Positions 50,341 through 63,996 of a DNA stretch of 64,000 nucleotides are shown here, one piece after another. Origin of the DNA: Ophelia neglecta (taxonomy: Eukaryota); NCBI GenBank assembly GCA_965285935.1, contig OZ260662.1:79670001-79734000 (forward strand), given 5' to 3'. Under the pieces are notes generated by a model. The model was not told where the DNA came from and ran no database searches. It saw only the letters and a program-made list of their open reading frames with translations. Made by a program: the position numbers and the translations under genes. How positions within the stretch are numbered: position 1 is the first letter of the stretch; the number at the start of each line of letters is the position of its first letter.

Positions 50341-52009
50341 CAAACAGGTCAAATCGGAATTTGACGACAGAATGCATTTATATCTAATTTGTCATAAAAT
50401 TTATGTATGATGGGACAGTTGTCAGTCAAAAACGTATCTCGTACGAATTTGGTCATGTCAACAAAGGTCATTGGCCAGTTGAGCCCTTGAAAATATTACA
50501 GTTTGATTTACATTTTGCCACCAAATGTGTTCATTGTGTACATAATTGCTTCCTATTTTTTTTAAACACATATACCTTCTTTGCCTCATCATTAAAAAAA
50601 GACCTCACAAATTCCATCCCTGCCGCTAGGGGACACGACAGAAACTGGTTAATTCTGAATAATCTAGATGGATATGGTGGATCAAAACTTTTGTTTATCT
50701 AAAATGGGAACATTATTAAAACTGTCTATAAAGTGAGTAAGCGGCATTAGGCTATAAATTATTTTATCACCCAAAAGTCTATGATGTCGCTCATGGCAAA
50801 ACTAATTGTTCTGTCATCCCTGTATGTCATAAGTTACTGAATTGGTTATTGTCATCTCGACAGATGGTACATTACATATATGCATATATTACAATTATTG
50901 TCGAAATTAATTCAAGTTCAAGTAGTAGTTGTATGGCGCACCATACCATTAAAATGGGAGTGAAATGAGAATGAAGCTGTTTTAACAGAAGGCTTGCACT
51001 GCTTATTTGAATGCCGAGTTAAACATAAACAAATACATGTTTCCTTCAGATATACCCGCACTAGGCAAATGTATTGGTAAAAATTAATCACTTCATAATG
51101 TAAGGTAAACTTAAGGTTAAGGGGAAATAAAAAAAGGTACACGAAATCGGAACAAGAAAATAATTTATCTAGTCAGTAGAATCGGTTTGAAGATTGCTTT
51201 TAAACAAGGAAAGCGGACAGTTATAATGAAGACTATAGAGGTCAAGGCATCGATGAACTAACTTCTTGCTCTTCGTTGTCTCAAAGCAATAATCAATGAG
51301 TAGGCCTATAGACATAATAAAACCTATATCAGAGCTGAAAGTTAATGGAGCATATGTAGTGATGCGTTCTTCCAGTGGGTTTGGCATTGTATTCCCGTGG
51401 AAGTAAAAAAAAACTTTCATGCATGGTTTATACGGTAGTTGAATCACTCGTTCTACATATCCTAACATTGTTATTTATTATTGTCGCCAATTTATGCGTT
51501 TCTGCTATAGCCTGGTTTGTAAATAAAAAAAGACCACACATGTATATATTATGATGAGACCCATGTAAACAAAGCACGCATATTACAATTGATGTATAGG
51601 GCTAGATAATGATATCAAGTTCCGGAATGAGCCTAAGTACTCAAAGCAATAAAACTATAGTTACGTACTGGTCACTATCTCTGAGGGAAAACCATATTTA
51701 CCCTGTGTTCGATGTAAACTATACATCATAGTATGATGTGACACGTTCAATATACGAGCGGCCTTTACAGCTCCCTTCAGAAGTTATTTATAAATAATGT
51801 GCCATTAAGAAGTACTTAACTGGGGGCAGGAACCAATAACCAAATACGAGCTTGTAACTGACCGTGCCTGTATATAGCTTATCAGTTGGTAACTGGCACC
51901 ATATACATAGTATAATGGTCAAATAGTGACATTTAGTTATACTGTTGCAAAAGACATATATCGTCACATATATTTGCTATGATCAAGTCCATGTAAATGA
52001 TTATGGACA

Positions 52010-52175
52010 TACAGAGACCCATGTTTCTACAGTTAGACCACCTGCCAATAAGGGTCACTTATATAATAGCTATAATGTACACTTTCAATGTAAAGTAACC
52101 TGCCTAAACAGACCGCCTTCATAATCAGTCCTGTAGCTTCCAGTTCCTGGGGTCGTCTACAAGTATGACGCTGTA
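52010..52175. mobile_element. Degenerate Tc1/pogo-derived MITE
   Basis: TA-CAG...CTG-TA ends with internal GACCACCTGCC / AACCTGCCTAAACAGACCGCC repeats. Confidence 0.4.
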
Positions 52176-55100
52176 CGTCAGCAGAAGAGATATTTTCTTA
52201 GTTTCAGTAGGCGTCAATTGAGTGTGCCAGAAGTTGGCAGAAACGGATGTTTAATTGTGCTCACACAAAGTGTCAACCATCAAGAATTTGTCAATTAAAC
52301 TAATCGACCATGGGAACATTTTCACAGAGGAAGTTGATTTTATGTTTAATTCTTAACACGTAGCATATATATACCCTATACTATAGTTAATGCTTCTCAA
52401 TAAGATGGTTACAATTAATCATAGCAAATCAACCAAGAATGTAACTATTTTACCATTTCTTGCAGCTTCATTTATGTGGCTTTTATAGTAAAAAAAACTA
52501 CCTATTAATAGACACATAATGTCGTTCAGCAATTCTTGTATGCATGGTATTTAGTGTTGTTCAATGCTTAATGTCGGAATTCCGGAGACCAAGTCTTTAA
52601 CTTATTTATAAGCCCCGTGTTAGCACATCCCTTCGTTTTACATGTAATATCATATGAATGCCCAAGCATCGAGATGAACAAAACACACTTGAAATAGACA
52701 AACTGCCTGTATATCGGCGTCTTATGCCATAATAAAGTGTGTTTTTTTAAACATGGCACCTTTGGCATTTGTACAAGTATGTGTATGTTAAAAATGTTTT
52801 GCATAAAAATGCACAAAATGGATATAATCACCAACAATAATTAATACAACGGAGCACCTCCCCTACCCAACACATACGTCTTCCACCCTCGCGTTCATAT
52901 ACATAGGCCTACATGTATATGGATCACAATTGCTATGTGACCCCCCCCCCCCCCCCCCCCCGACATCGTCTATTATGAAACTATAAATTCACAAGTTGCA
53001 GGTACGTATAGACAATTAGGTGCTATTGTAAAACTCGAGAATCTGAATTGCATAAATTTACGCACGAGATTCATGAATATGAAGTACGGAAGGCCTACGA
53101 CCAACGAAGATGAAATATTAAAGAAATAATTACCATAATTTGAACATTAATTTTGTTCTGAGAACAGCTGGAAGTCGTTTGCATGTCGCTTTAAATGTAG
53201 TCTCCGTGGTAGTATCAGGAGATGAGACACATGTTTCTTGAACACATTACTGAGAGAGAAGGCCATAAATCAGAGTCAATATTCAAATACTCAAATACTC
53301 AAATTGTTACGCATACAATGTGCAATCTCACGTGTACAAGGCTTTACCATTTCAAGCGTTGGAACGTAGCAAATGTCACAATAAAACCAAGAAATAGTAA
53401 TGAAAACATGATGTTCTTTGGGCCTCGTTTTAGAAAACATGCATTCGTATCATGTATCAGTCTATAGCAAATGCAATATTTCTTTGAACAATGAAATAAT
53501 AAAGTTATAATAATAAATTTAGAATAAATGATTACTTAATCATATAATTACAAATGAGAGAGGATATCATTCGAAAATAAATTAGAAACTAAGTTGATCA
53601 TTACCATTATCACATTGTTGGGTGTTTTGAACATTCATAATGTGGAAAAACTTTTAGTGGTTGGATTTAAAGAACATGTTAAGTGAATGTTGTTAACGTA
53701 AAGTATTGGAGGACGAAAATGCTATTATAAATTTTCTTAATACGAGTTCATGTAATTACTTAAATCATCATCACTATAGTCTACTCCTTAATATATAGGA
53801 GTTATACCATGGAAATCGCCAAAATCAATCTAAGACTTAAGACTATCCTCATTATTGCCCAGACGGATTCCGAACGAGCATATTTCGTCTTATTTCCAAG
53901 TTTAGTAGATCAATATTTCTATATGTGAACAGAATCTTACTAGCTATGATATTCGATTCATTTCATTCAAGTAACGTTTTAACTCATAGCTAGCAGGCGA
54001 AATGTAACGGTACATACTCCTTCACTCTTGTTTGTCAGATTTTTTTAAGCTACTGTAGATTCATATGACACTCAGACAGCTATCGTTTTGTTTGTATTCA
54101 TACATGTTGATTAATTGACGGCCGGATATTGGCTCAATTATTCAGAGTAATTAGTCCCCTGTCATTAGCGGCGACGGGAAAGCCTTTATTGGTATATATC
54201 ACAATGTCTTTCTGTATAAATCACCAAACACCTCGTTTATGATATCAATGGACCTTCATTGAAAACTTAAATTGCCAGTGTGTTTTTTATTGCAATATAT
54301 AAGCTTTTAATTGGTAGAATGTATTATATTTTTTCTCGCCTTTAAAGTATGAATTGGCTAACGGCCTATGGTTAAAGGTTTGCATTGTTAAATTATATAT
54401 TTTTTTTACACATTTTCTAGGAATTTTATAGGATAATGGCCTTGAGCTCTCTACAAAAAATAAAAAGCCAGTGAAACTGTCTAAAATTTAACACGTAACG
54501 GTACAGGGTTCTACCATTTAACGAAACACCGAGTGGCTATTAAATTGTCATATGCCTGATATAATTTCTTACCAGCAAAAGGACGCACGTTATTTCTTTG
54601 AGGTCAAATCTAAATTATACGTGCATGTTTATCTTTATCGCCAAAATTCGTTATTATTTTTGTGTTGAATTATCTAGTCCAAGTCATAGTTCAATACTTT
54701 ACATAAATTCATTATATATTTGTATTTAATATCTGCCTGCAGCAAATTGGCAAGGACATTTTGTTGAGCGTATGATCAATACATATTTTTCCGATCTGCC
54801 TATGATGATTAATTTGCATACAATGTTTAAACTATTTGTAATGCGCTGTAAAACATTCATGATTTTAGTGCATTATAAAATTCAATTTGAATATAAATGA
54901 ATCAAATGAAAACTTCTTCCTGTTTTTCGCTGATTTACTCATTCCTCCATCGAGTAAGATCGTCTGTGTGGTTTCTCTACTAATATAGGCTTAAGGCAAT
55001 GGATGTAGTTTCGTAACAACATCCATTTTAAGACGTTCCTCCCGTCTGGGTCTATTGTTATAAAGTATACAGATGACAACAGGGCGTATTAACCTTTACC

Positions 55101-55834
55101 ATGCCAATTATATTTACACCTTCATGTCGGCTTTTTACATAAAAAAAAACCTTGTATAACACGGGGAAACAATAAATCGTTGGAATAAAATGCAGTTTTC
55201 TAAGGTAATACGACATATTGCCCAGCGAGTTTCGTTTCGACGGTTAAATTCGAAAACCATCTTCAGCTAGCTAAACTATAATGTTTTTTATACAATTTTA
55301 TTTGTACGGACTCTACAACGAATTCCCCCACATGTGTTTCCCACTTATTGAAATGAACCTAGGCCTCCATTATGTGCCCTTCGTTGCAGAGCACACAGCA
55401 CCGCGCTCTCATGCGAATAGCATTAACATCTCCTACGAAGGATATCCATCATGTTGAACTACTACATCTTATAATTCATTGGATATATTTTCAAACTTAT
55501 ATTTGGTGTGGTCGAATTTATTTGCCAGCGTTATTTTTTGCTCACTCACTGAAACGAAACAATAGAAGTACACCGGTTTTATTGATACACACGCCGGCAT
55601 CCATTATTCTAAGCACTAGGTAGAAGCTTGAAGACCCCTTTGGTCGCCATTAATATGCAGCATGCTAACATATTTGACTTTAATACCCATCACTCATATT
55701 CGACTCAGACATATATGGTTTAAATTAGAATTGCATATAAGTATTCATTAATGTCTGGTATTCTACTCTTCCTCTTGACATTTTGACCCTGACGTTTGCC
55801 CTCGGGGGCATTACTGAACGCCGTCCCAGGCTGC

Positions 55835-55866
55835 TATAAAAGCACCATCAGGATAGAAGCAGTCAT
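55835..55866 (+). promoter_or_regulatory. TATA box and initiator-like element of the secreted repeat-protein gene
   Basis: TATAAAA at 55835-55841, GCAGTC about 25 nt downstream, ATG at 55894. Confidence 0.65.
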
Positions 55867-55893
55867 TTTCGGACAGGAAACTAAACACCAAAG

Positions 55894-57788
55894 ATGAAGT
55901 GTGTTATCGCGCTTTTGTTGTGCATTGGGGCTTCGTTTGCCAGCTTCCAGCCACATGGTTCCTCAAGTGGCAACACCTACAGCCACTCTCAGAGCTCCTA
56001 TAGTTCGTACTCACCTGGATACAGAGGCAGCCATCAGCGAGGTGGTAGCCGAAGCCAGGGGTATGGAAACAGTCACAGCCAGGGGTATGGAAACAGTCAC
56101 AGCCAGGGGTATGGAAATAGCCATAGTCAAGGATATGGAAACACCCAAAGTCAAGGATATGGAAACAGCCACAGCCAGGGATATGGAAACAGCCACAGCC
56201 AGGGATCTAGAGTGAGCCATAGCCAGGGATATGGTGACAGCCACAGCCAGGGATCCAGAGTCAGCCATAGCCATGGATATGGTGACAGCCACAGCCAGGG
56301 ATCTAGAGTCAGCCATAGCCAGGGATATGGTGACAGTCACAGTCAGGGATACGGAGACAGCCACAGCCAGGGATATGGCCATCAACCAAGCTACAAAGGT
56401 AAGTTACAACTAGACCTATAGTTCGCTACCGTTCTAAGTAATGCAAAAATGATTTGGACGTATGATTCATATTATATCAAAGAAATAATGGGTTGTATAT
56501 TTCAACACAAGAACACGAGGGTTATCTCAATTACTGAAAAAGTATAAAAGGAATAAACCTGCACGTTTATATTTCTTATTACATTTCTAATGTTTTCGTA
56601 CTTATGAATGAAAACAAAGAAAAATTAAATTAATTTGGCCACTACTATTTATAAATTTAAGCCCATCTGGTGGTAAGAATTCCATGGCAATTACTTTTTA
56701 TTAGAGATCGAGAATCACAATCTATGTCCAAAAGACTTTTATACGATCAACTAGTCCTGAACATTATTGATGTTCATATTTACATGCCTCTAGGCTAGAT
56801 GTGTGAGTGAACAGGTAGAAAGCGTCCAGTCAAAGTTGTTAAACATAATTTGGGAGATCGTTTATATTTATTTATATGTAATGAACGTTTTATGTGATTT
56901 GTTTTCGAACAACATGTCAAATAAATCAATATGCTGTCTTCAATTTTAAGGGTGATAAATCACAAATTTCTAAGGAGCTGTTAGGTTTATCACGACATAA
57001 TGTTAACTTGGGGTTGAGACTCACAGTTAGAAATTTATCAAATTAATTCAATAAAAAACAAATTCGAAAATATAAGTTTTACTTTCCAGCCAAGCAGTGC
57101 TACCAATGCTCTTACTCTCCACCTAAGACCTACTACGACCAGAAAGTTGTGTATGAGAAACACAGCTACGGAAACCAGCAACATGGCCACAACACTAGAG
57201 GAAACCGAGGCGGTTACGGTAATAACCAGGGTTATGGACAGAAGGGTAATAGTTACGGCAGCTACGAGAAGAAGTCATACGTGCCCGTTCCGTACACAGT
57301 GAACGGAGGCTGGGACAAGTGTATGGGACCCTTCAGCCACTACCAGGCTAAGGACTTCGGCGTCGATGTATGGGACTGCCACAGTAACTGCTACACCCGC
57401 CAGGACAAGAACGGAGGTAAGTTATCAGCCATTCAATCCGGTAAATCGATCATAAAATTAAGATAGAATGTTCTCGGGCTTTGGATATTATTAAAGATTA
57501 CAAACATCAAAAACACCTAATTCTAGTGGAGGTTCTTGCTAACTTCCAGAAAACACATTCTGCTATTTTCTTCAGGAAATAATGCAATTAAAACAGAACA
57601 TGTCTAAGATTTTCCTCTTTTGGTCTTTGGGTAAATTTTTTTCCGGTCTTTTAACAGATATTTTCCGAGGTTGCTACAAGGGAGAGTACGGCGTCAACCC
57701 AAAAAAGATTGGCTGTAGCACACAAGCCGGCTCCACCTGGTGCTTCTGCGAGGGGGAAAAATGCAACAACGGCCCCGCTTCCTATTAA
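55894..57788 (+). CDS. Secreted Gly/Tyr/His/Ser-rich octapeptide-repeat protein with C-terminal 10-Cys Ly6/uPAR (three-finger, quiver-like) domain; 3 exons
   Basis: Signal peptide MKCVIALLLCIGASFA. Exons 55894-56398, 57090-57416, 57658-57788 with GT-AG phase-1 introns. C-terminus KQCYQC...DKC...WDCHSNCY...FRGCY...IGC...WCFCEGEKCN (10 Cys, terminal CN). AATAAA at ~58090. Confidence 0.85.
56053..56382 (+). repeat. Coding 24-bp tandem repeat, ~14 units (SQGYGNSH / SQGYGDSH / SQGSRVSH)
   Basis: AGCCAGGGGTATGGAAACAGTCAC-type units directly visible. Confidence 0.95.
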
Positions 57789-58290
57789 ACGAATAATTAA
57801 TACATTCTTTTTAAAACATGTAAATTTTAATATCTGCCTGTTGGCATTTTCATCTTCCAATTCATCAACTCGGGCATTTTAGTAAAACGTGCAGTCGAAG
57901 ACGTCAGTATGCCAAGGAATGTGTGATCAATAACGTTAAATGGCGTCAGTCAGTGTTATACCATTCTCACCAACAGGTGGCCTAGTGTATCTGACTTCAG
58001 ATATAAGAGCGCCGTCTGGGGGCAATAGTGGTGTCACGCGGCAAATTGTCTTCCGACAAAGTCAAAGTTAAGTTTTTGTTTCCCTCAAGAATAAAACAAA
58101 TACAATCATATTAAAACTGGTCGTTTACTTTATTTCTTAAATATTAGCCTACTAATTAATGGAGTTCAAACATCAATAGAACAAAGTCATACTTAAATTT
58201 AATCCATAATCAAAATACAATGTATAGGTATTTTATTACTGTATGGTTATTACAACCATGTCAGACTGAAAGTCTAACGTTAGTAGCATA

Positions 58291-58582
58291 TACTGACCCA
58301 GTGCTGGGCCAGTTAATTAAACTGTTACTGGGCCAATTCACTGCCGCTATGCAATAATAGCATGGGCAAATACAGACTGTTGGTATTGGGCCAGTAAAAT
58401 ATAGCCATATTGGTCCAGCATCGGGCCAATACTGACCCAGTAATTGGCCAGTTAATTAAACTGGCACTGTGGCAACTCGCCGCCAATGAGCAAGATTGGG
58501 CTAATACTGGCTGTAGGTATTTGGCCAGTAAAGTGTGGTTTATGAGCCCCGCACTGGGTCAGTAATGCCCTGTTTATTGGGT
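58291..58582. mobile_element. MITE-like foldback element with ~140-bp internal tandem duplication
   Basis: TACTGACCCAGT...CCAGTTAATTAAACTG at 58291 and 58430; inverted GCACTGGGTCAGTA at 58551-58564; many TGGGCC/GGCCCA half-sites; ends TGTTTATTGGG. Confidence 0.6.
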
Positions 58583-60869
58583 CTTTGAAGCAAACAATTA
58601 ACAATATCCATTATTTTCGTTTCAATTTGAATTTGTATCCTGTAAAGTCATATTTCGGATGCAATTACAGTGTATATCTGGCGGCCATTTGAATTCATAC
58701 TAATTTGCGCCTAACTCTGAAAATGCACTGTTTGGCACTTATTCATTAAACTAATTTAAATGGACATTCAGGTGACGGTCAATGAAAATACTGCATCCCG
58801 AATCACGGGAAAAAATGTCGCATCCCAAATCCCGAAAATTAGTCTTAATTTCCCGGTTAACGGGTTTGATTTAAAAGACGGATCCCGAGCCAGTGGCGGA
58901 AATATATCTAACATCCATGCCTATGTAACTATAGCTATATATAGGGCCCTGCGCCAAACAGAAACAGAATTAAAAATAACAAGGAAATCCTGAACGTTTC
59001 TGAAAAGCCGTATTTGTATGTACACTACATGTCGCAGTCATTGAAGGCTTACTACTTGGATTTGAATAATGTCGATAGTAGTTGGGCGTTAGTTTGTACA
59101 GACCAGTACATCGCAAAACTCCATCTTGCTTATTGCAAATTGACACGATTCTTTGCATGCTAAATCTCAAATGTAATTTATCTGAGCAATTGTTTCAAAA
59201 ATTTCCGATACGGAAAATATTGTTCAGTATACAGTCAGTGTACCGAAAGCCGACCAACAATTCCCTACTCAGTGCCAACCTGAAAGAACGCTATTATTGA
59301 GCAAGGGATAGGGGCGTTATATACAACGCCTACCTAGTAGCCCTGACAAAAAGTTGAAAAACATGATGGCATTTCATAATCTACCTGGGATATCTGATAA
59401 TAGGAATTCATCCTATTCCCATGGAAAATAGACATGCTAATAATGTACTTTATCGTGGCATTTCACGAGAGTCATTTCGAAGTCAGATTCAGACTTCCTA
59501 ATTATGGTGCATACCAATGAACATTTTACCTTGGGGTCCAATGAAAATAGCTATCATTCCTAAACCATGGGATTTCTATTGCCAACCGATACCGGGAATA
59601 ACAATTACAGTGTAATCTCACCTCTAATATGCTCTCTTTGCTCATAACCTGGGCAGGTAGGCGCCATGCATCTAGAGAGCTAGCATTTGGGAGATTACAC
59701 CTCGTCAAGCTTGGCATTTTGGCCACACGTAATCAAACAAAAATCTCGCCACGCCTCCTTTTTATACATGCCGAACGGCTCAAACGGCCACGATTTAACA
59801 ATGTACACAAATTGAAATCCGTAAATGAACTGCCTCTGATTTGCTTTGTATTTTGCATTTCATACTTTTGAACTAGTTCCATAACAGCCATTTAAATTTG
59901 ACATAAGTTTCCTTTTGACGTTTCATTGATTGACCAGACATTGTTAAATGTTCATATTGTTGCAGGATCATCTATATGTAAGCAGGGACTAAAATCTGAT
60001 ATGAACCGGGCTGATCTAAAATATCATATCCTCATCTAACTTTTCAGTAAACACATAAATGGTCGGTCAAGGTAAATGAGATTCCCCATAATGCTTTCGC
60101 ATTGAATTATGGGTTAAAGTAAATTGCTCGGTAAATTAATGATCAATAGGAACAGAATGCACCATTCCATGAGCATTCTTGAAACAATAATCACTGCGCA
60201 GTACTTTGAAACAATAAACACATGCCACTTACCATCAAATTAAACGGATTCTTTCCAATAAAGGAAAATATTTCCAGATTTAATGATAATTACCTTTCAT
60301 TTTGTGTTCCGGGTACTTTGTGTTTATTTTTCTGATCACATTTTCTGAGGTGAACTGACTTGTTGATTCAGTTTAAGTCTTAGTTTATTTATTGTTCCGG
60401 ACCATAATGTAAAAATTCTTTTGGTGTGCTACGATTATGAAGATTAATTTACTGCTAATAATTGCTCTGATGTGTTCTAAATGAGTTTTGAAATAAACAG
60501 TTAATTTAATGCCTTCCCAATTTAAATATGTGTCGCTAATTATATATTCGTATGCGGCAGGTGTTAGCATATAGGTCTATTTTATTGCAGTTCTTGTCTG
60601 CTGAAAGACCTTGAAAGAGACAAAAACCAAGAGTTCTCAACGCAACGGCGTATGTCCACAGTTATATAATATCAGAAGGGATAGTCCCTTTGTCTTTACT
60701 ATACACAATGGCATACAAAACATTTCCATGAACAACACAAATCATACCGTCCTGGCACAGTAGCCAGGTTCTAGATTAGCTACAATAGGCCAGTCTTAAA
60801 ATGGTGGAAACTGTACGTTTTCAATGGAAAAGATGAGTTGTTAGTATGGATCAATTCTTGAACGCATGT

Positions 60870-61195
60870 GTATAAATGGTAATTTAAGCCTACACCTGTC
60901 CCTGAGCTTGTGAGACGGCAGCATGACAAGTTTCCGGGGTGAGTTGTGATTCAATACTTTGTACAGTTCATTTAGTAGGGAGCCCACTGCACGGGCTTTC
61001 TATACCCAAGTCCCCAGGATCGCCAATAATTTCAAACATAATATATTATAATTTAGCTTCTGACTCAATTTTGAATTTTGTCAGCACAATATTAAAGTAT
61101 GAAACAATAATAACTTCGTGTCCTGGCTTATAAGTTTTCATTGTTTTTCATGTATTGTATCAGAGCTTCAGCCAAATAAACATAATTGAATTGAG
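60870..61195 (+). mobile_element. Possible LINE/SINE 3' remnant
   Basis: GC-richer core followed by AAATAAACATAATTGAATTGAG tail. Confidence 0.3.
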
Positions 61196-62458
61196 TTATT
61201 ATATCGACAAAACAAACTCATTGCACAAGTCGACTAGGTTTTATCAGGTCTGTGTATGATTGTTACCATTTGCGTGTACTCGTATCAGGTGTTACTTTTT
61301 CGTATCAGGTATGAATTAATGTTAAAAGTTTATGATTTATAAGATGATTATATGTAATTGGTTATGTTATGAGTAATATCTTGTTGAATTTTGTTTGTAT
61401 TCGGAAAGCGTTGCCTGTGGAGAGTTATTCATATGTCTATGGCATGGTGTGCTAACTAAACACAAGCCAACATATGTATCCATAAGAGATTAGCGATGCC
61501 TACATTATAGCCGTTGTGGCTGACAAGATTTTCACACTAATAAACATCTTCAGCACACAAATTTACAAACAATCCTTGCAGTTTTAAACGAAATTTCAGC
61601 TGTATTAATTTTTTGCAAATATTGTTAATGAAGAGTTGGTAAAACAGACCTCCGTCTAATTTTCAAACACTAATGAACACATTCATAACCAAACACTTTA
61701 AATCTGATTGATGGGTTAATTTATTATCTAATAAATTTTACAAATAATAAAACAAATACAAATTCATAAAAAAAAAAAATACTATGATAAATGAGACCTC
61801 GGCCTATAAATTTATTAAAAGGAAAAAACTTTTGGATTTGAATGTTTGGCGAACGTTGTGGAGAAAGCAGCATTTGCAGCAACTGATTGTACTATTTATG
61901 TCCTTTAATAGAGACCAATATACTTCTTTCGTCACAGCTTGCGCAGTTTCACAAAGCCATCCATGACATTAAATTAAATAATACAAGAAATTCAACCTTT
62001 TTGCAGGACACTTTAATGGACAGTTAGAAAGAGGTCCACAGAAAAATTAAATGTAGTTGTATTATACTTGATTTGCACCATAACGAAAATTCCCTTTTTG
62101 AAAAGTTTCCATATTTTCATTGAGTTTTCTATAATGATTAAAGATAATTTGTCAGGATATAGATAATAAAAACATTTTTCGGTTTTCTTGTACCTATGGC
62201 TTCATACATATATTATAAACATTATATAACTAACTTCTGGCTAAAATAGAATACCCCTTAAGTAGAAGGCCAAAAGCGTCATACTTTAGTTTGACGTGAA
62301 TAACAAGAGTAAAGACAGATCATAGGAGAGAGAATATTTGTTTTTTCTTCAAGTAAAGTATACAATCATGGTATTTTGGTATGCTGTCTGGAAAAAGTTT
62401 AAACTCAAATGCTACTAGTTATTGTGTTAAGTATACTCTATTCATCCTTGTTTTTCAG

Positions 62459-63996
62459 TGATTCGACATCCATCCCGTATTATATTGGGTGTGATCGTGC
62501 CTTTTCTCCTGACGACAGCGCTATTGCCTTCCCGCCGGTTTCAGAACACCATTACAGAAATGGAAATGGTCAATGTCCAATATGGGAGACCAGGGTGGAT
62601 GAAAATACAAACAGAGGGCTCCAGGCTACAATCGAACGGACAGGCCTTTTTTCTGGATTCGTCCAGGAACATCAAATTCACAGATGGCCGTACCAACTTT
62701 GCCAACTTCCAAGAAGCCCTAGAGGCCAGATCAGACCCACACAAGGTCATTATAATGGCCCTTATAGACATGGGAGCTCTCGCGATGGGTCTGAATTTCT
62801 GGGAGACTTCTTTGGTACCAAATAACATCCAAACCTATTTATTTATTTCCTCGAGCACAGAGGCGTGCCAGCATCTTTATCGAAAGATGATTCCTTGTTT
62901 CGTGTACATGGAAGATGAGGCAGGAGGGAGTAAGTCGCTGTACAAGAGTGCTGAGTTCCTGAGGAAGATGAATATCAGATCGTATATGATTCTGAACGCT
63001 CTCAAGTTGGGGTATACAGTGTTACACACTGATGTTGACGTTGTTTGGTTTAAAAACCCCTTTCATTACATTCCATGCAATCAGTGCGATGTGGCCGCCC
63101 TGTGGGACTGTGGTGCATGGAATGCAGGCTTTATCTTCGTTCGACCTACACCAGGTGGGATGAGTATATACCAAAAAATGGTGACTATTGCAGAAAAAAC
63201 TACAATAGACGACCAAAAAGCGCTTAATATTGCCGTGCAGGCTGCCAAAAGAAATAGCTCATTTGATCTTGTCAAACTACCCCCAAGGCTGTTTCAATGT
63301 GGTTTTGATTATTTTGAGAAAGGGAAAAGGGATTTTGCCGGTGAGGTGCCGTGTGAACAATGTGTCGTTGTTCACAACAACTGGATTGTAAGCATGGAAG
63401 CGAAAATCTACCGTTCTAGGGAACTGCATCATTGGATGTATGATGATGATGCTTACTACAGTGATTTGAGTAGAAAATACATCGTTTTTAACAATTCTGC
63501 CATCGGGAAGAATATTTCCGAGACAAAAAATCTTGAGAAAAGCAGCCTTCGAAGTGCCCTGGCTATTGGACATATACTAAATAGAACAGTTATATTGCCA
63601 GTATTCCACCTTACTCAGAAGAGAAAAGGGTCCTTGTTACACCACCTGAAAATAAGGGAACTAGACTCGCAGTTTTTCGGAAAGTATAGAGAACACACAT
63701 TTTTGTCCAATAGAAAAGTACCTCTCGCGGTACAAAACAATCGCACCAAGGCTTTTCGCATCAATAGCAAAATTAGCCACCAGGGTTCACATGCTGATTT
63801 TCATTTCAACCCACGAGACCACAAGGGAGCTTCTGATAGTGAAATTAAACAATGGTTCGGAGGCATGACTGAGTCCATTCTTGTATTCCAATCCCTGTAT
63901 CAAGCCTTCTCGACTTTTGTAGATTTACAAATGCAGGAAGAGTTTGAACAGAAAATCGCAAAGGGTTTGCGACCGGCGAAATACCGCCAATTTTAA
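62459..63996 (+). CDS. Nucleotide-diphospho-sugar transferase (PF03407/GT77, XEG113-like architecture), large terminal exon
   Basis: Splice acceptor TTTTTCAG at 62458, so the true start probably lies in an upstream exon that I could not locate. TM anchor IILGVIVPFLLTTALL; LGYTVLHTDVDVVWFKNP (DxD), NAGFIFVRPT, DDQKALN, VVVHNNW..KIYR.RE..HWMYD, then ALAIGHILNRTVILP. Confidence 0.88.

Noticed and set aside
55901-56413. Alternative-frame and antisense ORFs over the octapeptide repeat
   Set aside because: By-products of a stop-free 24-bp repeat; only the 55894 frame has a signal peptide and in-phase splicing.
62409-62825. 138-aa overlapping ORF with hydrophobic N-terminus
   Set aside because: Starts in the polypyrimidine tract of the intron and is an off-frame shadow of the GT77 exon.
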